A DNA stretch of 26,900 nt from NCBI GenBank assembly GCA_021640185.1, contig JAJXDX010000002.1, forward strand, positions 1 to 26,900, given 5' to 3'. Of the stretch, positions 1 through 7,683 are shown piece after piece. Source of the DNA: Oscillospiraceae bacterium (GTDB taxonomy: Bacteria; Bacillota; Clostridia; Oscillospirales; Acutalibacteraceae). Numbering within the stretch: the first letter of the stretch is position 1; each line of letters begins with the position of its first letter. The translations under genes were made by a program, and so were the position numbers. The notes beneath the pieces were generated by a model. It was not told where the DNA came from, did no database searches, and saw only the letters and a program-made list of their open reading frames with translations.

Positions 1-87
1 CTGCAGCAGGGCACGGGCGATGCCGTGACGGATCGCACCGGCCAGGCCGGTGCGAACCGTCACGGCATCGCCCGTGCCCTGCTGCAG
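1..87. repeat. Fold-back palindrome: 1-43 is the reverse complement of 45-87 with one mismatch (32/56)
   Basis: Revcomp of 1-43 is GGCCGGTGCGATCCGTCACGGCATCGCCCGTGCCCTGCTGCAG; 45-87 is GGCCGGTGCGAACCGTCACGGCATCGCCCGTGCCCTGCTGCAG. Confidence 0.95.
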
Positions 88-216
88 TTCGATGGCGAGA
101 ACCTGCGTTCTCCGCTGAAGAAGGCCGGCTTCCTCACGCGTGATCCGCGTATGAAGGAGCGCAAGAAGTACGGCCTCAAGGCCGCCCGTCGCGCACCGCA
201 GTTCTCCAAGCGCTGA
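37..216 (+). CDS. rpsI: 30S ribosomal protein S9, C-terminal part (5' truncated; bases 1-36 are not S9 sense sequence)
   Basis: Translation TGQAGA(N)[10 protein letters not shown]...[30 protein letters not shown] is the characteristic S9 C-terminus. Confidence 0.97.
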   Translation, partial: TGQAGANRHGIARALLQFDGENLRSPLKKAGFLTRDPRMKERKKYGLKAARRAPQFSKR

Positions 217-245
217 TCGGCTGCCTTATCCCCTCAAGTCCTTTG

Positions 246-280
246 GCCCTCGGGCGGAAATTTCCGCCCGGGGGCTTTTT
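246..280 (+). terminator. Rho-independent terminator of rpsI
   Basis: GCCCTCGGGCGGA-AATT-TCCGCCCGGGGGC followed by TTTTT, about 30 nt after the rpsI stop. Confidence 0.9.
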
Positions 281-374
281 GCGTTTCGCGCTTGCCGAAC
301 AGCGGCGTCCTCGCGGCGCAGCCGCTGCGGTCAAAGCGAAAAACGTGCCACCGGCACGTTTTTTACCGCTTCGA

Positions 375-395
375 CAGTTCAGCAAGCGCTGATCG
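375..395 (+). repeat. Second copy of the rpsI 3' end (att-like direct repeat of 199-219)
   Basis: CAGTTCAGCAAGCGCTGATCG vs CAGTTCTCCAAGCGCTGATCG, 19/21 identical; both read QFSKR-stop. Confidence 0.8.
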
Positions 396-498
396 CCCCT
401 ATACCCTCCCTTGTGATGATATCCCGGTACATGGAAGGATCGTCCGCGTTTGTGTATGACATTTACAGCATACGCTTTGTTCGCCGGTAGGTATCGCA

Positions 499-527
499 TT
501 GAAAACGGTCGGCGCTTGTGCTATACT
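499..527 (+). promoter_or_regulatory. Putative sigma-A promoter with extended -10 and no obvious downstream CDS
   Basis: TTGAAA (499-504), 17-bp spacer ending TG-C, TATACT (522-527). Confidence 0.6.
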
Positions 528-672
528 GTAAAATGCGCAGTTGCGCCGGACGGGCATGAGCGCAGAAAAGAGGCGAAAGTATGGCCGGAGTCATCCCGTG
601 CTGCTTTGATGATCTTGTTTGATGTTTCGGGACGTTTCTGCACCGGGCATCCGCCTCTGGATATACGGCTCT

Positions 673-698
673 CGTTCATGCCGTTATCGGCATGAACG
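673..698. repeat. Perfect 11-bp inverted repeat (hairpin)
   Basis: CGTTCATGCCG-TTAT-CGGCATGAACG. Confidence 0.85.
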
Positions 699-801
699 TT
701 CGGCCGTCCGTGGCGGCAGCGTGCAAAAAAGCCGAATTAGATCCACCCACCGCTCCGCAAAACAAAAACAAGGCTTTGACGGGGCGAAAAACCGCGTCTA
801 T

Positions 802-841
802 ATCCCTCGGATCCGAGCTTTGGATCCGAGGGATCGTTTTT
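802..841 (+). terminator. Terminator-like hairpin
   Basis: ATCCCTCGGATCC-GAGCTTT-GGATCCGAGGGAT (perfect 13-bp stem), then CGTTTTT. Confidence 0.65.
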
Positions 842-1042
842 GCGGCGGATCTGGCGGCTTTGCCCACCGGGAGCCGCCGAAAAGGCCGACGGTAGCTCTG
901 TGTCCTGCCGTCCATGTGTGATATGGTCCCTTTTGCCGGTTTTGTGCTGCGATCTAACTTTGGCACACCACACCCTTTTATCTCGCCGTCCATGAGGTAT
1001 CGTATGCCGACAGTTCTTTATTTGCCGGTTCGTCAAAGCCGC

Positions 1043-1071
1043 TTGACAAACCGCGCTTCTTGATATATAAT
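1043..1071 (+). promoter_or_regulatory. Consensus sigma-A promoter of the TetR operon
   Basis: TTGACA (1043-1048), N17, TATAAT (1066-1071); imperfect AT-rich palindrome ATAAATAAT-TCCC-GTTATATAT at 1079-1100 is a candidate TetR operator. Confidence 0.9.
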
Positions 1072-1115
1072 TTCAATTATAAATAATTCCCGTTATATAT
1101 GAGAGGGGTGCGCCT

Positions 1116-1688
1116 ATGCCGGCAAAAGCGAAGGTCACCAAAGAAATGATCGTTGACGCGGCTTTTGCGATCGCCCGGGAAACGGGGGCGGAAAACATCA
1201 ACGCAAGGACCGTATCGGAACGGCTGCACTGTTCCACGCAGCCCGTCATGTATCATTTCGCGACGATCGAGGAGCTGAAACGGACGGTCTATGAAAAGGC
1301 AGATCTTTACCATTCGGCATATCTGATGGAGATGAAGCGGCCGCCGAAGGGCGCCGCGCTCGGGATCGGCATGAATTATATCCGCTTTGCGATCGAAGAG
1401 CCGTACTTGTTTCGTTTTTTGTTCCAGTCGGACCGTTTCGGCGGGAAAACGCTGCTTGAGCTGATCGATGCCGAGGAGCTTTCTCCTGTTCTTTCGGCGA
1501 TGCAGGGTGCCTTGGGGGTCGACAGGGAGCAGACCAAAAAGATCTTTCTGACGGTTTTTTTGTTTGCCCACGGGTATGCCAGCATCATCGCCAACAATGC
1601 CCTGAAATACGACGAGGAACTGATCGCCGCCCGGCTGGACCGGGCATACAGAGGTGCGATATCGGCGGCGCGGGAGGAAACGACATGA
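1116..1688 (+). CDS. TetR/AcrR family transcriptional regulator
   Basis: N-terminal HTH (IVDAAFAIARETGAENINARTVSERLHCSTQPVMYHF); C-terminal IGMNYIRFAIEEPYLFRFLF...LFAHGYA; RBS GAGGGG. Confidence 0.93.
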   Translation: MPAKAKVTKEMIVDAAFAIARETGAENINARTVSERLHCSTQPVMYHFATIEELKRTVYEKADLYHSAYLMEMKRPPKGAALGIGMNYIRFAIEEPYLFRFLFQSDRFGGKTLLELIDAEELSPVLSAMQGALGVDREQTKKIFLTVFLFAHGYASIIANNALKYDEELIAARLDRAYRGAISAAREETT

Positions 1689-2423
1689 AAAAGCTGTATG
1701 AGAAAAGCGAGCTGGCCTTTGCGCTCATGTGGGTCGCGCTCTATTGCGTTCTGCAGTCGGTGGCAGAGCCGCTGAATAAAACGATCGGGACCGAATACGC
1801 GGCAAGCGCCGCCTTTTGCCTTTTGCAGGCGATCGTTCTTTTCGTTTTTATCCGCAAGAACGGTCTGATGAAGCGGTACGGCCTTTGCCGGCCGCGTATC
1901 CGCCCGGCGGTTTTTCTATGATGTGCCGCTCGCTATTTTGGCGTCGGGGAACTTGTGGAACGGCGTCGCAGTCAACTACGCGCCGGCAGGGACGGTCTGC
2001 CGTGTCGTGTGTATGCTCGGCGTCGGCTTTTTGGAGGAGGTGATCTTCCGCGGGCTGCTGTTCACGGCCATCGCCAAGGATAATATCAAGTCTGCGGCCG
2101 TCATCTCCAGCGTGACCTTCGGCATCGGGCATATCGTTGATTTGATCAACGGCAGCGGCAGGGATCTGGTGGAAAACCTGTGCCAGATCGTTTTTGCGGT
2201 CGCGGTCGGTCTTTTGCTGGTCACGATCTTTTATCGCGGCGGCAGCCTGCTCCCCTGCATCCTCGTCCACGCGGCGATCGATGTGTCGGGCACGTTCGCC
2301 GACGATACAGGCCTTACCGCAGGGATGCGCCTGTGCCACGTCGCTGTCCTGACCGCGATCGCGGTCGCCTATACGCTGATCCTGACCAAAACGCTGCCGA
2401 AAAGGCGCAAAACAGAGGAGTGA
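1685..2423 (+). pseudogene. CPBP/CAAX-family intramembrane metalloprotease split by a frameshift near 1895
   Basis: Hydrophobic N-terminal ORF 1685-1921 overlaps the TetR stop (ATGA). A second frame open from 1896 reads VSARRFFYDVPLAILASGNLW and carries EEVIFRG, FGIGH and HAAID motifs. Confidence 0.8.
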
Positions 2424-2429
2424 GCAGCC

Positions 2430-3332
2430 GTGCAGATCGATCGGTTCTTCATCGACGGGGACATCCGGGGCGCCATCGCCTATATGCGCGCGCACGAGCA
2501 GTTCGCTGACGTTCTCCCTGCGTATGCCGCGCTTTTTGAAAACGCCGAATACCGCACATACGACGTGCCGGACGGGATCAACGACATCCTGCGGCGATAT
2601 CAGATCTATCTCCGGGACACGTTTTATTGCGGCGTGCCGGAGGCGGAGGCCGCAGACCGGCTGCTGGCGGGGCTGAGAGCACTGACCGGTCTGCCGGAGG
2701 CGGACGAGGCGGCCTTGGCGGGGCGGCTGGGGTCACTGTTCGCGGCGGCGGGCTATCATGCGCTGTTCGGCAAAACGCAGGGATATTACGGTCCGTATAT
2801 TTGGCGGGACACCGTCCCGACGGTTTACCGCGTCGAGCTGCCGGACGGCGCGGCGGAATATACCGTCAACATCCTGAAAGGCTTCGTGTTCCGGGGGTGG
2901 ATGGACTATCTGACCTTCGGGCGGCACGGCACGGGCGGCTGGACTTCGCCCGACGGCACGATCAACTGTGTCGCGCAGGCGTACGATCTCGGGAGTGAGC
3001 GGTTTTTGGTCTCGCTGCTGAAGCACGAGGCGCAGCACGCCGCGGATATGAAACGCTTCCCCGGCATCGCCCCGGCGGAGCTGGAATACCGGGCAAAGCT
3101 GGTGGAGCTTTGCTATTCCGGCGATCCGGGGCTGCTGCAAAAGTTTTTGTCGGAAGCGGACGAAAGCAAAACGGGCGACAGCCACGCGGTCGCGTCTGTG
3201 CGGATCGGGCGTGCGTTCGCCGGCGCAGATCCCGGATCGCTGCCCGACATCCGGGCGCGGGCGCTGGAGTCGTTCCATGCGCATACGAAAGAGATGGAAG
3301 AAAAATACGGAGGAAAACGAAATGGACGATAA
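2430..3332 (+). CDS. Hypothetical protein with HExxH...E zinc-metallopeptidase-like motif
   Basis: GTG start after GAGGAG; LKHEAQH followed by ELEYRA; operonic spacing. Confidence 0.75.
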   Translation: MQIDRFFIDGDIRGAIAYMRAHEQFADVLPAYAALFENAEYRTYDVPDGINDILRRYQIYLRDTFYCGVPEAEAADRLLAGLRALTGLPEADEAALAGRLGSLFAAAGYHALFGKTQGYYGPYIWRDTVPTVYRVELPDGAAEYTVNILKGFVFRGWMDYLTFGRHGTGGWTSPDGTINCVAQAYDLGSERFLVSLLKHEAQHAADMKRFPGIAPAELEYRAKLVELCYSGDPGLLQKFLSEADESKTGDSHAVASVRIGRAFAGADPGSLPDIRARALESFHAHTKEMEEKYGGKRNGR

Positions 3333-4236
3333 AGCCGGCATCACCGCCCTGATGAGCGCGTTCGGCCGGGCGTTCCATGCGGAGAACGAAGCGCATCCCG
3401 TTTTTGCCGATCATGCTGCCAAAGAGCTGATGACGGCAGAGGAATATGCCGCCGTCGGGGACTATCTCCTCGGCGGCGCGCAGTTCTTCGCACCGGAGAC
3501 CGACCCCGCGGCTTTGGCGCCGAAGGCGCTGCTGCGCCGGCTGGTGAACGACCATATCGCGCCGTCGCCGCTCAGCCGTGCGGTGTATACGGAGCGGGCG
3601 CTGAAAACGGCCGCCCTGACCGGCACGGGGCAATACGTCATCCTCGGCGCGGGGCTGGACACCTTCGCTTTTCGGGAAACGGCGTTTTTGGCGAAGCACC
3701 GGGTGTTCGAGGTCGATCACCCGCTGACGCAGGCGGACAAAAAGGAGCGGATCGCCCGCGCCGGCCGAACGATCCCCGCCGGCCTGACGTTCGTCCCTGC
3801 GGACTTTACCGAGGACAGCCTGACGCAGCGCCTGACCGCCGCCGGCTTCGACTCGTCCGCAAAAGCTTTTTTCTCGTGGCTCGGGGTGACCTACTATCTG
3901 CCGGCCGAAACGATCGACAAAACGCTTGCCGAGTTGTCTGCACTTTGTGCGGACGGCAGCACGCTTGTGTTCGACTATCCGGACGAGGGGTTCTTCGCCG
4001 CGCCTGTGCGGCGTGTGCAAAACACGATCATGATGGCCAAGGCCGGCGGCGAACCGATGCGTTCGGCGTTTTCCTACGGTGAGCTTGAAGCGCTGCTGGA
4101 AAAGCACGGCTTTTTGATCTATGAGCTGCTGACGCCGGCGGATATCCAAAGGGACATCATCGACAGGGCGGGCGCGGAGATGAAAGCCTTTGAACACGTC
4201 AACTACTGCCTTGCGGTCAGAAAGGAGCAGGCCTGA
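3322..4236 (+). CDS. Class I SAM-dependent methyltransferase, LCM (leucine carboxyl methyltransferase-like) family
   Basis: QYVILGAGLDTFAFR, VFEVDHPLTQADK, WLGVTYYL and LVFDY motifs; ATG 3322 after GGAGG. Confidence 0.92.
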   Translation: MDDKAGITALMSAFGRAFHAENEAHPVFADHAAKELMTAEEYAAVGDYLLGGAQFFAPETDPAALAPKALLRRLVNDHIAPSPLSRAVYTERALKTAALTGTGQYVILGAGLDTFAFRETAFLAKHRVFEVDHPLTQADKKERIARAGRTIPAGLTFVPADFTEDSLTQRLTAAGFDSSAKAFFSWLGVTYYLPAETIDKTLAELSALCADGSTLVFDYPDEGFFAAPVRRVQNTIMMAKAGGEPMRSAFSYGELEALLEKHGFLIYELLTPADIQRDIIDRAGAEMKAFEHVNYCLAVRKEQA

Positions 4237-4787
4237 TGGAAACAGCGACGAAACGCGCCCCTTACACGATCGGGCGCGCACAGCCGGAGGATGCCGCCGC
4301 GCTGTTGGCGTATCTGAAGATCATCGGCGGGGAGACGGATAACCTCAGCTTCGGCCCGGAGGGCGTGCCGCTGACCGAGGAGGCCGAGCGTGCCTATCTT
4401 GCCATGCAGGCGCAGTCGTGCGACCACATCCAGCTGTTGGCCAAGGCGAACGGGGAGATCGTCGGCACCGCGAGCCTTGACCGCAAGCCGGGGCGGATGC
4501 ACCACCGCGCCGAGTTCGGCATCAGCCTGAAAAAAGCGTGGTGGGGCTGCGGCGCGGCGGCCGTTTTGGCGCAGGGCGTGCTCGACTTCGCGCGGGCGGC
4601 CGGGATAGAGCAGGTCGATCTGGAAGTGCGCAGCGACAATGCCCGCGCGATCGCGCTGTATAAAAGGCTCGGGTTTCGCCGGCTGTGTACGTTCCCCGGT
4701 TTTTTCAAGATCGGCGGCGAGCCGATCGACTTCGATCTGATGATCTTGACTTTCGGTCCGGTCGCGCAGGATAAAGATCAACGGTAA
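4236..4787 (+). CDS. GNAT family N-acetyltransferase
   Basis: AEFGISLKKAWWGCGAA (acetyl-CoA motif A) and LEVRSDNARAIALYKRLGF (motif B); RBS AAGGAG. Confidence 0.92.
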   Translation: METATKRAPYTIGRAQPEDAAALLAYLKIIGGETDNLSFGPEGVPLTEEAERAYLAMQAQSCDHIQLLAKANGEIVGTASLDRKPGRMHHRAEFGISLKKAWWGCGAAAVLAQGVLDFARAAGIEQVDLEVRSDNARAIALYKRLGFRRLCTFPGFFKIGGEPIDFDLMILTFGPVAQDKDQR

Positions 4788-4809
4788 AAACCGTATGGGA
4801 GGAAGACGA

Positions 4810-5175
4810 ATGGATAAACTGATCGGCTGCTGCGGACTGGACTGCGAGACCTGTGACGCCCGGATCGCAACGGTAAAAAACGACGACGCGCTGCGCGAAA
4901 AGACCGCCGCGCTTTGGACGAAGCTCAACGGCGTGCCGATCGCACCGGATCAGATCTGCTGCACCGGCTGCCGGGTCGACGGCGCAAAAACGCCGTTTTG
5001 CGAAATGCTCTGCCCCGTGCATCGCTGCGTGCGGGAAAAGGGCTTCGCTACCTGTGCGGACTGTGGGCAGACGGACGGCTGCCCGACGCTGGGGATCATC
5101 GCCGCGAACAGCCCGTTCGTGTTGGAGAACCTTGACCGGCTCCGTAAAGCGCAGCCGGTTGACAGCGGCCGGTAG
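4810..5175 (+). CDS. Cys-rich small protein, DUF3795-like
   Basis: GCCGLDCETC...CTGC...CEMLCPVHRC...TCADC...GC pattern; ATG 4810 after GGAGG. Confidence 0.8.
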   Translation: MDKLIGCCGLDCETCDARIATVKNDDALREKTAALWTKLNGVPIAPDQICCTGCRVDGAKTPFCEMLCPVHRCVREKGFATCADCGQTDGCPTLGIIAANSPFVLENLDRLRKAQPVDSGR

Positions 5176-5198
5176 GCGGCGTAAAGGCATCGTATCGC

Positions 5199-5241
5199 AA
5201 AAAAAGAGGCGTGGCCGGCAAAAGCACGGTCACGCCTCTTT
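5199..5241 (-). terminator. Rho-independent terminator of the GRE operon (may be bidirectional); the stem contains the isomerase stop codon
   Basis: AAAGAGGCGTGGCCG (5203-5217) pairs with CGGTCACGCCTCTTT (5227-5241); A7 run at 5199-5205 gives a U-tail on the minus strand; lies between convergent genes. Confidence 0.85.
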
Positions 5242-6288
5242 CGGCGGCAGACAAACGGCACACGTCAGCGTCCCTTCGGTGTGCAGGACGACGCGGCCGG
5301 CCGCCGCGCACGGCAGAAAGAAGCAGTCGCCCCGCCGGAGCGGCCGGCGCTCCGGCCCAAACGTGATCTCCCCTGCCCCGTCTGTGACGACGCAGACGGC
5401 GGGCGCCGAACGCAACGTATGCGCGCAGGCGGTGAGCGTTACCCGCTCGATGGCGAAGCAGGGCGTGTCGGCGTAGGAGATCAGGCTTTCCCGAAGGCAG
5501 CCGCCCGACCGCCCGATCACCTGCGGCGTGCGCCGGGCGCGGGCAACGGCGGCTTCGCCGTGGACGGAGAAGTCGAACACGTCAAGTGCGGTGTCCGCGT
5601 CAAGGCCGAGATACATCTCCCGGTCGCTCAGCGTGTAGTCGGCGCAGCGGCGCTCCGGCTGAACGGTGAAGTCCGTCGGCTCCTGCACCTCGAGCATCAG
5701 GCAGCCCGCGCCGATCGCGTGGATCATGCCGGCCGGGATGAAGAACACGTCGCCCGGTCGCACGGGGACCTCGTTGAGCAGCGAGACCATGGCATTTTCG
5801 TCCGTTTCGCTGCGCTGCGCCGCGTCGGCGAGCTGCGCCTTCGTCGTCGCGTTTTTGAAGCCGAGATATATCCGTGCGCCGGGACGGGTGGCCAAAACGA
5901 GCCAGCTTTCCGCCTTGCCGTGATCGCTGTGCAGATGCCGGCGGGAGAATGCCCGATCCGGGTGCGCCTGCACCGGCAGACGCACGGCACTGTCGAGCAG
6001 CTTGACCAGCACGCCGAGCTCGCGGCGGCTACCGAGCAGCGCCTGCCGGTGATCGCGGGACAGGTCGTCGAAATATCCCCCGCCGTCCGCCAGACGGGAC
6101 ACGCCCTCCCGCTCGCTGCGGCCGGCGGGACCGAGCGCACGCACGGCAGAGGCGATCCATTCCTCCGGTGTGTGGCCGTCGGCCGAGCCGTCGCCGAGGA
6201 AGGCGCCGAACCCGGCGCCGCCGGTGTATACGCGCCACACACGGTCGCGCAAAAAGAACAGCGGCCGGGCAAAGCGACGGTCATCCAT
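5230..6288 (-). CDS. Type I mannose-6-phosphate isomerase-like cupin (sugar-phosphate isomerase, substrate uncertain)
   Basis: LVKLLDSAVRLPVQAHPD, GKAESW, IPAGMIHAIGAG and EVQEPTD metal/catalytic motifs; ATG 6288 after GAGGGG. Confidence 0.88.
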   Translation of the reverse strand: MDDRRFARPLFFLRDRVWRVYTGGAGFGAFLGDGSADGHTPEEWIASAVRALGPAGRSEREGVSRLADGGGYFDDLSRDHRQALLGSRRELGVLVKLLDSAVRLPVQAHPDRAFSRRHLHSDHGKAESWLVLATRPGARIYLGFKNATTKAQLADAAQRSETDENAMVSLLNEVPVRPGDVFFIPAGMIHAIGAGCLMLEVQEPTDFTVQPERRCADYTLSDREMYLGLDADTALDVFDFSVHGEAAVARARRTPQVIGRSGGCLRESLISYADTPCFAIERVTLTACAHTLRSAPAVCVVTDGAGEITFGPERRPLRRGDCFFLPCAAAGRVVLHTEGTLTCAVCLPPKEA

Positions 6289-6299
6289 GCGTTTTCCCC

Positions 6300-7673
6300 T
6301 CATCGGTCAAGATAGTGGATCAGCGACTGCGCCGCGGCAAGATCCGGCACGGCGCCGGCCGCTACCGCGGCGAACAGCGCCGCGCCGAATGCGGCCTCCT
6401 CCCGGTGCGACGGGACGGACAGCGGCAGCCCGAACGCGGCCGAAAAACGCGCGGCGAGCGGAGCGTTGTGCCGGATGCCGTTGCCCGAGCCGATCAGGTG
6501 TACGGGCCTTTGCGGCAAAAGCGGCATTATCCCGGCGTACAGGCCGTGCAGTTCGCTGACGATGCCGTTCATCACGCCGTCGCACAGCGCGGCCATGGTA
6601 AAGTTGTCGATGCCGATGCCGGTGATGCTGCCGCGGCGCTGCGGATCGCTGCGGGTGCCGCAAAACGCCGTGTCGACCGTCAGCGGGCTGCCGTTCGGGC
6701 GGTAGTCCGCCATCAGCCGATCCATGGCCGGATAGGCGCTTTCGACCGGCTGCCCGGTGACGGCGGCGGCGATGTCGCGCAGTGCACGCTCCAATATCGC
6801 ATAAGCGCGCCCGCCGCACAATGACGAGCCGGCAAGCAGAAGAAGGTCGTCGGTCAGCGGCCGCAGCTCGAGCTGCCCGGCCGCTGCCTGCGCCGCCGCC
6901 CGTGGCACGGCGCAGGAGATCTGGCTGCCGGTGCCGACGTTGACGAGCACGCTGTGGGCAAGATCCTGCACGGAGCCGAGGACGCTCGCCTGATTATCTC
7001 CGATGGCCACGGCCACCGGCACGCCATGCGCCGTGCGGCCGAGGGTGGCGTAGCCGGACGACACGTCCGGGAAAAACGCCGGATCCATCCCCGCGGCGCG
7101 GATGGCCGCCGTGTCGAACTGCCCGCGGGCAAGGGAGAACAGGCCGATGCTCGCGGCGTCCGACGGGTCGAGCAGCGGCGTTTTGCGCCCGGTCAGCGCC
7201 ATGGCGCACAGGTCGTGGATCGTGCAGAACGTGACTGCGCCGGGCGGGATCAGGCCGTTGACCGTGGCATAAAAATGCGTGACCGCGCCGTAGCCGGTGG
7301 CAAGCGGATAGCCGGTCGCCGCGGAGAGCCATTCGGCGTAGGTCTTGCCGTCGCGGTACGGCAGGTCGCCGCGGCCGTCCTGCCAGATCGTCAGCGGGCC
7401 GACGGGTCGCCCGTCGGCAGCGAGATACACGATGCCGTGCATCTGTCCGGTAAGGCCGACGGCGGCGACGTCCCCGTCGGCCGCGAGCGCGGCCGCGATC
7501 CGGTGCAGACGGGCGACCAGTGCGGCGGCGTTTTGCTGCTTTTCCCACGGTTCGGCCGCAGGGAGGAACGTGCCGTTTTGCTCGGTGATCGTTTGCACGA
7601 TCTGCCCGGTGGCCGCATCGCACGAAATGCCGCACAGCGACGTCGTGCCGATATCCAGTCCGATGAGCTTCAT
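6300..7673 (-). CDS. FGGY family carbohydrate kinase, sedoheptulokinase-like
   Basis: IGLDIGTTS, LTGQMHG, IWQDGRG, LATGYG, IGDNQAS, VNVGTGSQIS, GSGNG and EEAAFGAA motifs; ATG 7673 after GAGGT. Confidence 0.9.
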   Translation of the reverse strand: MKLIGLDIGTTSLCGISCDAATGQIVQTITEQNGTFLPAAEPWEKQQNAAALVARLHRIAAALAADGDVAAVGLTGQMHGIVYLAADGRPVGPLTIWQDGRGDLPYRDGKTYAEWLSAATGYPLATGYGAVTHFYATVNGLIPPGAVTFCTIHDLCAMALTGRKTPLLDPSDAASIGLFSLARGQFDTAAIRAAGMDPAFFPDVSSGYATLGRTAHGVPVAVAIGDNQASVLGSVQDLAHSVLVNVGTGSQISCAVPRAAAQAAAGQLELRPLTDDLLLLAGSSLCGGRAYAILERALRDIAAAVTGQPVESAYPAMDRLMADYRPNGSPLTVDTAFCGTRSDPQRRGSITGIGIDNFTMAALCDGVMNGIVSELHGLYAGIMPLLPQRPVHLIGSGNGIRHNAPLAARFSAAFGLPLSVPSHREEAAFGAALFAAVAAGAVPDLAAAQSLIHYLDR

Positions 7674-7683
7674 GAGATCCACC

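Noticed and set aside
25..60. Novel N-terminus or GTG start and an I-to-N substitution in ribosomal protein S9
   Set aside because: Explained by the fold-back palindrome at the sequence start; the inverted arm carries the normal Ile codon.
581..895. TGA read-through (selenocysteine) joining the 13-aa ORF at 581 to the ORF at 692-895
   Set aside because: The joined product has no recognisable motif, runs through terminator-like hairpins, and no SECIS-like hairpin immediately follows the TGA.
176..1036. Short ORFs of 67-107 aa in the track between rpsI and tetR
   Set aside because: No convincing RBS or motifs, mutually overlapping in different frames, and crossing hairpins and promoters.
217..5230. 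Intact ICE, IME or prophage at rpsI
   Set aside because: No integrase, excisionase, relaxase or phage gene, and no distal att copy was seen in the window; only the scar at 375-395 is supported.
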